DNA from: Guillardia theta CCMP2712
Lineage: Eukaryota; Protista; Cryptophyta
Direction of reading: 5' to 3'
Assembly (NCBI RefSeq): GCF_000315625.1
Contig: NW_005434652.1
Coordinates: forward strand, 696,091 to 760,090
DNA: 64,000 bases
Shown: piece after piece, positions 24,437 through 34,239 of the stretch
How the letters are laid out: each line of letters begins with the position of its first letter
Position numbering within the stretch: the first letter of the stretch is position 1
Program-made: the position numbers and the translations under genes
The notes under the pieces: model-generated
Told to the model about the DNA's origin: nothing
What the model saw: only the letters and a program-made list of their open reading frames with translations
The model's database searches: none

Positions 24437-27282
24437 ATGGAGGAATGCAGACGCTACACAACCAGCTCAGCCTCTTCACACGCCTCATGTCGAACGGAGA
24501 GGCAGCAACAGAACACCATGCTTCTGTTCCGGGGGCTAGAAGATGGGAAATCTCCTCGAGAATGCGATCTGTGGTGTCGTCGAAGATGGTACGGTAGTGA
24601 AGCCGGTCGAAGGATTATGATTCTTTGTGGTTTGAAGGCTCTCGTCTTTCAAAAGGGGATCAAACGAGATTGGGTGGTTGAGAAGGAACAAGTTGGAAAA
24701 GGTAATTTTGGCGTCGTCAAGCGAGCCACGAACAGGCAAGCCCGCAACTTTCACACATTTTATGGGAGGATTTCTCAACCTTATTTCAGATCCACGGGAG
24801 ACATTGGAGCAGTGAAGGCAAGTTGCATCTGTTACCATATGAATAACCTCAGCTTCTTTTAGATTCAGTTTGATTCTTTTGCAGATCTTAGAGAAACGGT
24901 TGTTTGAAGAACAGAATCGACTACAAGAAGTTCTGCGAGAAGTAGAAGTGATGCGATGTCTGAATCACCCCAACTGCATTAAGTTGTATGCAACATATGA
25001 AAACGATCAGCAGGTACTGCAATTGCTGCTTCTTTCTCTATGTTGGGTACTTTTGCACTTGTTACAATATGTGATTGTTTCAAGCCTGCTGAAATGAGCT
25101 TCTCAGTTCTTCATCGTCATGGAGTATGCCGATGGAGGACAGCTGCTTGATCGCATTGCGGCGAGCGAACACTACTGGTATCAAGATTGTCTGTCTCAAA
25201 ATGATCAAGTAAAGTTAGCTCGTTCACAGCGAAGAAGAAGCAGCACGTTGCTTCGGGCAGATTGTTCATGCGGTGGGTCACGAATCTCTCTCGGGCGACA
25301 ATGAGGCGAGGGCAGGTCTCATACCTCCACACCAAGAACGTTGTTCACAGAGACCTGAAGCCTGAAAACATCTTGTTCTCTGACTTGGCAAGTGCTAGAC
25401 TGGTCGAGGATGCTGATGACAGAGTTCACAGAGCCCCAACGCAACCATCAAGCTCTGTGACTTCGGTCTGAGCAGACGAGCCCTCCTTCCTCGCCAACGC
25501 TTCTGGTCGAGGTGAGAGCTTGGAGGGTATCAGTCTCGTCGTGTCAAATCAGTCTTGTATCACATCAGTCTTGTATCACATCAGTCTTGTATCACATCAG
25601 TCTTGTATCACATCAGTCTTGTATCACATCAGTCGTGTCTATGCTTTCCTCACTACCTCGAGCAGGTGCGGATCGCCGGACTATATCGCGCCCGAGGTCC
25701 TTGAAAGATGCGGGTACAAGTCTGCTTGCTGCACCCTCTCCGTTAACAAGAGCGTCAGCTACGGCTTTGAGTGTGATGTGTGGAGCTTGGGAGTCATTTT
25801 GTTCCTGGTTCTTCCTGCCAATTCAAGTGCCAGCGTTCAGTGACTTCTGTCCTTTTCAAAGATGCTGAGCGGAAATCCTCCATTTCAACACAAGAATGTA
25901 ATCACGAAATATCAGAGTATTAAGGTATCATGATTCACGGGCTCCTCCCTCTGAACTTTGTGTATCAGCGAGCATCATTTACGTTTGAGCATCCCATCTG
26001 GAAGATGATCTCGACGGAAGCCAAGGTAGAGATGTTGCTGGTTGAGCGACAAGTAACTTTTGTAGGAATTGATCCAAGGGATGTTGACGGTTGACACGAG
26101 CAAACGATTCACGTTGATGAAACTATCTGCTTCTTTGCATGGCTGATGATTTGAGATAGTTGCTCGGAGTGCTCATCTCATCCTTGGTTCAAGAACTACG
26201 AAGCTGGGAGGTTGAGTTCGGTCCATCTATGGGGAATGCAGGTGGCAAGGCGAGGTGGCAAAGCTTGAATTCTGAGGAGTGTGTAGGAGAGAATCAAGGG
26301 ATGGTCGGTAGAGAAGCGTCTGATTGGCCTCATCTGCGTCGTTCTCGGTGAGCCTTCATAGTTTGCTGCGACTCACAGGGTGACGTGGCGTGTGAAGCCT
26401 TGATTCGCGTCCAGAAGGCTTCGATGAGTGCCGGTGTGGCTGCTGGAGGCCTCCTAGCTGACTACTCACGCTGGGAGGCTTCAGAGCTGGGGGCAATGAA
26501 CAAGAGGACTCTCGAGCCGGAACGGGCCGTCGAGATTCTGACGGAGGTCAGGCAGTGGGGACATGCTGGTGTCTGAGTGTTCTGCAGATCAAGTTGAACC
26601 CGTCCCGTGAAAGCCGTTTGAGAGCAGCCTTCGACCTCCTCGACAACCAGGTTCTCACCCTCTCATCACTCCTGCCGTGACGTGGCAGCAGAGAAACGGC
26701 ATGCTGGGGAAGGAGGACATCCGTCTGTCAGTTGCAGCGCTGTTCGGAGGCCAGCTCAACGTCGAGGAGGAGGAGCTTGTCACGTACTCGCACTCCCTCT
26801 GGAACATGTTTGATGTCCTCAACACGGGAGTGGTTGGTTTCGAGGATTTTTGCATCGCATTCGGTCGTTATCTCCCTCTCCTCCCTCCTCCTCTCCTGCT
26901 CATGCCACCACAGAGACCTATGGTGCTTCCTGTGACGAGCCGTTGGATCAGCAAGCGCAGGATGGTGAACTTTCCTTGCTGTTCAAGGTGCTGGACACAA
27001 AGTGCTGCGGAGCGATTGATCACGTGGATCTACAGCTTACGTTGGCAAGGATAGGGTGAGAGGATCTTGCTTTGTTTGAAGGAGTTGGAATGAGATGTTT
27101 TTAGGTATGAAGCAAGTGGTGAAGAGTGCCGCAACATGATCTCGATCATGTCCAAAGTTTCGAATAGAAGGCATTCGGATCATTTGACCGTTGAGATGCT
27201 CCGCGAGTTCACAGACAACTATGAAATCATCGTCAATTCATCTACACGGCATCAACAAGACAGAGATTCGCTATTAAGCTAA
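24437..27282 (+). CDS. CAMK-group Ser/Thr kinase with C-terminal degenerate EF-hands (CDPK-like)
   Basis: VGKGNFGVV, AVK, REVEVMRCLNHPNCIKL, MEYADGGQL, HRDLKPEN, DFG, CGSPDYIAPE, DVWSLG, HPW; EF-like AFDLLD, FDVLNTGVVGFEDF and FKVLDTKCCGAIDHVDL. Stop TAA at 27280-27282; start codon uncertain. Confidence 0.9.
25548..25634. repeat. 16-bp minisatellite (ATCAGTCTTGTATCAC)5+ inside a kinase intron
   Basis: Five perfect copies plus a partial sixth within intron 25512-25665. Confidence 0.95.
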
Positions 27283-27333
27283 CAGCCATGTACACAATTC
27301 CAACAGGTATGTAAATAAAATTGTCCCAACGAA

Positions 27334-28464
27334 TCAGGTCTGGCCAGTCAATCTGCAACCAACAATGAACGTCAGCCATACCTGTTCCAATGTCAGCACG
27401 AGGCAGATCAAATCGCCATGTGATACCATGGCCTCCACCATCAGCCTTTCGATCTCCAAGAAACCTTGTTTTGCACTGAAATCAATCACAAGTCTGTATG
27501 AAGGGAGTTGTGGGTGCTGGATGAAACTTTGAACCCTGGTGACTGCCCACGACCACAACGTGAGAAGCTGCTGGAAGGTGTTGACAACTCCTTGTGCCAC
27601 TCTCATTCTTGCCGTTTCACCCATGCTGCTCATCCAAGCTTGAACCGAGAAGCGAGTGACAACAGTTGACTCACCGTCCAGGAAGGAGAGCGAGGGGGAG
27701 GAGAACGACGTCCATGTAGTCAGCCTCGGGGAGCGATTCTATGTATCCTTTCGAGCCGAACTTCTTCTCTAGCTTCAGGTCATTCAGATCAACCGTCATT
27801 CACACTTGTCTCTCAGGACAGGAGCAAAGAAAAAGAGATGAGGAGCGCAACCCTACCTCTCTCTTCCTTGCTCGGGTGGCCATCGAGACTTTTTCCGGGT
27901 TGAAAAGAGCCTTCACACTTGGTTGACTCCTTCATCATCGTGCATCGAACTCACCTCAAACAAGCTGAACGACCTCTGCGTCGCGCTCTCCTTCTGTTCA
28001 TCACCGGGTTTCTCCTGCTCCGGACGCCTTCGCTTCACAGGTGTTTCCGTCATCCAGAATGGAATGCCAGCGACTCGTGTTACCAGCTCCTGCTCCTCCT
28101 GTCCATCTGGCCTGTCACATTCTTCCCCATCTTTCAGGTCCTTCTCTCTCATGTCCACGTCCTCGTCGGTCTCTTGAGCAGCTTCTTCTTGTCTTCCCGG
28201 ACCTCTCGTATCCTCTTCTCGGCTTTGGCCTCCCCCGCCCTCCTCTCCGCCCCCTCGGATTCGCCTCCTCAAGGGGTATGACGGCGAGTGATGCAAGAAC
28301 GTGGGACTTCTCCTCCCAACTCCTCCCACCCCCACCATCTCGCACTCGCGCCATGCCGCATGCTTCCATGCCACTGTTAGAGCGCTGAGCTGCATTGCGG
28401 CTGCACCCCCGCCCCCGGCTACCCTCTCAAATATAGTCTCAAGGACCCCTCGTCCTTCATTCAA
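27334..28464 (-). CDS. Hypothetical multi-exon protein
   Basis: ORF segments 27913-28464 and 27334-27633, plus an intervening exon KLEKKFGSKGYIESLPEADYMDVVLLPLALLPG. Confidence 0.45.
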
Positions 28465-28544
28465 GATTCGTAAAGGATGCGCGTGTAGCGCTGTGTTGGT
28501 CGCAAGAGGAGACGAGAGGAGCGAAGCTGAGAGACGTTCACTGC

Positions 28545-28692
28545 AACGGGAGCAGGCGATTAGATTTACTTCATCGGGAGCAGGCGAGTAACGGGAGCAG
28601 GCGATTAGATCTAATCTTACTTCATCGGGAGCAGGCGAGTAACGAAAGCAGGCGATTAGATCTACTCTTACTCCATCGGGGAGCTGGCGAGT
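28545..28692. repeat. Imperfect three-copy tandem repeat (about 45-52 bp) built from a CGGGAGCAGGCGA subunit
   Basis: Units approximate AACGGGAGCAGGCGATTAGAT(CTAATC)TTACTTCATCGGGAGCAGGCGAGT. Confidence 0.9.
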
Positions 28693-30813
28693 ATACCAAG
28701 ATGATTCTCTTGGGCATCATTCAACGTCGGTGAGACACTTGTGTGGATCAGATCGTTTCTGCTCCACCCTCGAAACCTGCTCGGCTCCAGCCCTTGTTGT
28801 CCATCGTACTTTTGGATCTCGGCGAGGGTTCCAGAAAGCAATCTTGTGCCCAGCAGCTGTTCTTTGCCCGTGTGAGCGTCGTCGCGCAGGCCTGCCCTTG
28901 CGATCCTGACTTGATCCTCAACATGGTCCTCTTGCTGTCGGTTGCACTGAGCAGCCACCAACTGGCTACACTCCAGGTGCCCCTTCATCACGCTCAGCTC
29001 CATCGCTTTGAAAAGGACAAGCATGAGAAGACAGCAAGTCAATGGGAGCAGATACCCGTGAAACCGTCAAGATTCTTCGAGTAAAAGGTTGCCACCACGT
29101 CCTTTGACCTCTGCGCTATAGCCATTGCTGCCACACCTCCACTATCAGCTGTTGCTTTCATGGGATTCAGAGTAGCATCACCTATTTCGAGGCTACCATG
29201 TTGCATGGCATAGTGTGCTGCGGTACATCGGAACCTGTTAGGAATGCCAGCATCCGCTCTGTGATCGAGAAGCTGCTCCACTGTATCTGAGTCGCCCATG
29301 TCAGTGGCCAAGTGCAATGCCGAGTTTCCGTCAGCATCTTGAATGTTTGGGTTTGCTCCATGGCGGAGTAGGTAGTGTACAACTTTGATTCGTGTCGCCC
29401 CTGTGACATCATGCCCGTGAGGAAGATGAACCATGCTGTTTGCACTGCAAGCCCAATGCAGTGCAGTCATTCCTCTCTCGTCTTGCTCATTTGGGTTTGC
29501 AGCCATGTCCAGCAAAACGTGAACCGTCTGACTTCGCCCAGCACAAGCTGCCCAATGCAAGGGAGTGGAGCCATCATTGGCTTTCTTGTGAACCCGTGCA
29601 TTGATTTCAACTTCGCTGATCAATTCTGTTGGTCTCAACATCAAAAGCCTTGAAACATCCTGGATTGACTGCTTCAGCTGTTCTGTTTGTGTCATGAGGT
29701 CTTCGCTCAGTCTGGAGGATGCGTCGTAGCTTCCTCTGCACGACCTCAGATTATCTTCCGCTTGCTCTAGTTGTCGCTGCCGTGATACCAAGTCATTCAT
29801 CGCAAGTAAAGTGAAATTTTCATTCACCTTTACGACGATCATTTTTCGTAGCTTCTCCCTCTTATCCAACGAGGCATTCCTCTTTCTGGATTCAAGATTG
29901 TTTTGAGCCTTGCAACAGAAATGAATTCAGAAAGAAATTCTCAGCTCACAAAAACTCCTTCTTACCTCTTGATACTCCTTGAAAGAAATAGACAGCCTCT
30001 CGTTTGACTGCCTCAACTCTTCGCTGTAGGTTTCAAACTTCGCCTTGCTAATAGGCTTCCAATGATTGACGGCCTTCACCTGCAATGACATCAATCGGGA
30101 AACTTCCAAAGGCCTCTAAACAAGACCAAGGTTTGGTTTTGTCTGTTTTCCTCGTCGTAAGCAATTCTAGCCTTGTCTGCCATGTGTTCTAGGTTTTTAA
30201 TTGCAGTCCCTGCTTCAATTTCTGATAAATCATTGTTGAGTTGCTCCGTCTCACTCTGTATCTGCTTGCATTCATCTTCAAATCTCATCAGTTCCAGTTT
30301 CTGCTTTTCCAATTTTACATTTAGTGATGAAATACTCTGAACAGATTGATTCAAGGTAGCTTCATCTTGGATCTTCTTCTGATCCTTTTCTTTTCGTATG
30401 TTGCATAAGTGTAATTCGATCACTTTCTTGACTGTTTGCCATTTGCTGTAATACGCAGCGAAATGGAGGGGTGTGCTTCCGTCCGATGCCTCCTCTTCTA
30501 GAGTACACGGGGCGTAGTTAAGTTGATGGTGATCGCCCAGAACTTCAATGGCTGCGACCTGATCATTCATCGCAGCATAATGACAGGGAGTCAGCTTGTT
30601 CTTGTCTCGACAGCTGGCATCGGCCCCTGACCTGAGGATCTGTAGCAATTTCGCGACTTTCCCGGTTGCAGCATGGTAGATAAGTTGTTCTTCGGCTTTG
30701 TTCATCATCCCAACATTCACATGGATCAACTCTTCTAAATGCTCTGTCTTTGTTGTCTGTCTCTTTGCCTTGGAAATTCTAGCCAACGCTGCTCGACGTC
30801 CAGGGCCCCCCAC
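28668..30813 (-). CDS. Ankyrin-repeat protein with a central coiled coil
   Basis: LTPCHYAA, GSTPLHFAA, GSTPLHWAA, GMTALHWAC, GNSALHLA and CTAAHYA ankyrin motifs with a heptad-rich region between two ANK clusters. Last exon ends ILASSPME* at 28668; start uncertain. Confidence 0.85.
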
Positions 30814-31776
30814 GCTTGTCTCATTTTCATTCGGGAGTTCTGCTGAGATACGGACTCATCATTACTCAAAGTTAACTTAAAAATACGAAGTCAGTGACTG
30901 TGCGCGGCCGCCGGTCCCCGCCGGGCCCCGGAGAGCTCTGGCGCCGGGAGAGTTGACTTAAAAATGATCTTGACTCGTATAAAAAAAAATGGTCAATCAT
31001 TCAATCTCTCTTTTTTTTGAAAGACTAATTTTTTTTTGATTGACCCACCTACGCCCACTCGCTCCCACACTACCTGCCGGACTGCTGCATGGAACCAGCT
31101 CCGATGACCCCACCTAGCAATATGCCTTAGAAAGACCTATGCAAATGACCCGTTCAAGAGTCTGCATCTACACCCCACCCTAGCCCTATTGACCCCTTCA
31201 GTTTTTACACGAGGGGGTGTACTGACCGTTGTAGGAGGGACCCCTGAAATGAACCAGATAGCACCGGTACCGAAGCTCGCAACAGCCCATCGAAAAGGCG
31301 TAGACAACAGACGTAGTTTGCTCACTACCCCTTGAGTCCATAGGAAACCACCCCCCTTATATCCTGCTGGGTCCTGACATCTTTTTTCCCTGCAGGGAGA
31401 CATAGCGAATAGACGTAGATCATCATTCATAGCCAGGTCCATCTTGGGACTCTTTGCTACGACTTTGTCCTATGTTGAATATGAATTTCGAAAATAATCT
31501 TTTCAAACATAAAAAAAACATCTCAACTTCAAAATGATTCTTTTCGTACAAGACTTCAGTGAAAGGTCGTAGTTTCTGGGGAGGGCCCATGTAATCGAAA
31601 CGGCAAAGTAACGAGTGGTCAAACATAGGCAGGTGATAGTCTACTAGGACCGAATAGTATGCCCTCGACCTACTCAGGTCAAAAAGGAAACCGTGTTGGT
31701 TTTGCTTCATTTCAGAGTGGCTGATAGGGAGGCTATCAAACTTGGCGAGTCAACGATGACCAGAGGGGTGGGTGAA

Positions 31777-31809
31777 TGACCCCGTCAACATCACTTTGAC
31801 CCCGTCAAA
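31777..31809. promoter_or_regulatory. Duplicated dyad TGAC-CCC-GTCA upstream of the phosphate transporter (candidate cis-element)
   Basis: TGACCCCGTCAA at 31777-31788 and 31797-31808; the second copy extends to the perfect inverted repeat TTTGAC-n3-GTCAAA. Function is inferred. Confidence 0.35.
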
Positions 31810-32023
31810 TTCAATGAAAGGTAGGGGTGCATTGTCTGTATTCACCTACCCTCTTACACGTCAGGTCTATTCGCCTCTCGTGCGTCACCCAATGCTCTGA
31901 TCGCTCCCCCAGTAGGAGCATGTAGAATCATGAGCGCTCCCCCTCCTCACTCCCCCCGCGCCAGAAGTCGTAGTTCCCCTCCTCTATAATCAGTCCTCGG
32001 CCCTGAGCTTTGCCACAGCAAAG

Positions 32024-33828
32024 ATGAGGTGAGCCTCGTGGCCCGCGCGTGTGTTGGTGCTGATGACTGACGCAGGTTTCTATCGACAAACAAGAGCCTT
32101 CTCCCCTACTTTTGCCTGGCCTGCACCATCGCAGGCACAGCAGCTACGATGGTGGACAACCCTGAAGTTGGCATTCCCTGGTTGTACAAGGGTCTCATTA
32201 CTTGGGCATTCTTCTGGGCATTTCTTGATGCGTATTCCATCGGAGCAAACGACGTTGCTAATGCGTTTGCCAACTCTGTTGCTGCACGCACTATCACCTA
32301 TCGCCAGGCTTGCTTGCTTGCCTGCATCTTCGAATTGATTGGCTGCGTCGCGCTCGGAAGTGCCGTTACCGATACAATCAAGTCGAAGATCACCAACGTG
32401 AGCTACTTCAAGAACGACCCATACGTCCTCGCACTCGGTATGAGCACTGTCAACATCGGGTCTGGTTTGTGGGTCGTTATCGCAACCGTGCTCAGTATGC
32501 CTGTTTCCACTACCCACGCTGTGGTAGGAGCGGTACTTGGTATCGGTATTGCCGCATGGGGAACAGGGGGCGTGATCTGGAGTTATGAAGCCAAGGGCTT
32601 CCTTCAGATCGTGGCTTCTTGGTTCATCTCTCCATGTGTCTCGGGGGCTTTGTCTGCCATCTTCTACCTCGTGACCAAGTTTGTCATCCTCAAGAACCCT
32701 GATGACGTCGCGGCGAGACGTGGCATCGCCCTCCTCCCGTTGTACTTCTTCTTCGTGTTCGGTGTCATTGCCGGGTTTATGTGCATGAAAGGTATCCCCG
32801 CCCTCAAGAACACTCCCTACAAGGTCACGGTTCCTGTCACTGTTGCTATCGGCATCTTCTTCGGCCTCATCGGCTATATCTTCTGCGTGCCATGGGCTCG
32901 TCGCTTCATTATCGACAATGAGAACCTGCCCTGGTACACCATGTTCTGGCAGTTTACCATCCCCAAAGGAGCTTATGGGTATGTAACTGATCAGACTGCA
33001 ACCAAAGACATGGAAAGCGCCGTCGAGGGAGATGTTGCAATGCAACAGCAGTACAACGGGCAGGCGTTCGGTGAACCAGCACAGTACGCCATCTCAGGTT
33101 CTGCCTTCGGAGAGAGCGAGAAAGGGAAGGGTGCGGAGGAGTCAGTGGGATCGGACAGCAATGACAGCGCTCTTGTTAAGGTTCTCAAATATATCTCTCC
33201 TGGAATGTTCATGGACATTGCTGAGCTTAGTGAGGAAGATGCTGATATGCATTCTCGTGCCTTCCAAGCCAACCCCAAGACGGAGGAGCTGTTCAAGATC
33301 CTCCAGCTCTCCACCTGCTGCTTCTTCTCGCTGGCTCACGGTGCTAACGACCTTGCGAATGCGGTTGGTCCCTTCGCGACTGTGTGGATGGTGTACAGCA
33401 CTGGAGTTGTGAACTCCAAGGCCGATGTACCCCTCTGGCTTTTGTTCTATGGAGGTATCGCGCTGGACATCGGTTTGCTTACCATGGGGCATCAGATCAT
33501 GTCTGCTCTTGGTAATCGTCTCACCCTCCAGTCGCCCTCGCGCGGCTTCAACATCGAGCTTGGTGCTATGTTCACCGTGATGGTGTTCTCGCGCCTCGGC
33601 ATTCCTGTTTCCACCACTCACTGCATCTCTGGAGCCACCACTGGCGTTGGCTTGTGCAACGGCGACGTCAGGTCTGTCAACTGGAAGCTTCTCGCCGTGA
33701 TTTTTGGCGGCTGGATCGTCACCTGCCCTGCTGCTGGAATTGTGACTGGTTTGATCTTCTGGGCCATCATCTCTGCACCCAACCCTACCCCTGGAAACGG
33801 ATTCTTCGAGGGTCACTACCACGGTTAA
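32024..33828 (+). CDS. PHO4: PiT/PHO4-family (Na+/H+) inorganic phosphate transporter
   Basis: Two signature motifs GANDVANA and HGANDLANA, plus PVSTTH twice. A micro first exon ATGAG (32024-32028) and intron 32029-32075 join in frame, adding MRFLSTNKSLLPYFCLACTIAGTAAT. TATAAT at 31985-31990. Confidence 0.95.
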
Positions 33829-34239
33829 ACATCTTGGATAACTCGTGCTTTGTAATTTTCTTAGTTTGCTATCAAAAAAAACATTTTGACCTACTCAAGT
33901 TTGATTCCACCCTTGACAAAGAGCGAGCGATTATGACACGAACAAACCAAGAACCGGAAAGAATCGAAGTCCACTCAGTTCACAATTGCAGCTTGTTCTC
34001 CCTTCTTGAAATCTTTTGGTTATGCTGCTCACCTGAGGAACAAGTTCAAATTTGAATGATCAACAGGGATTGAACCGATGACGGCCTGAAGGAAACACTT
34101 GATCACTTCTATTCATTTCACTTGGCTCTTTCATTCTCTTCAAGATACCAACAATGAATCCAAGTCCATGCAAACCAAAGGATCTTGGTATACTTAATTG
34201 TTTTCTTATTTCCTCTCAGTTTGTGTGGGTGATGTCAGG

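Noticed and set aside
25548-25634. Possible CRISPR array or coding repeat
   Set aside because: No spacers, and it lies inside a kinase intron.
28545-28692. CRISPR-like repeat-spacer pattern
   Set aside because: The intervening sequences are themselves repeated and very short, there are no cas genes, and the context is eukaryotic.
31137-31710. Two minus-strand ORFs in the intergenic region as transposon or viral remnants
   Set aside because: No transposase, RT or integrase motif is recognisable and no TIR/LTR pair was found; a decayed element cannot be excluded without a search.
32080-33822. Long antisense ORFs (321 and 226 aa) opposite the phosphate transporter
   Set aside because: They are codon-aligned shadows of a biased coding strand and contain no recognisable domain.
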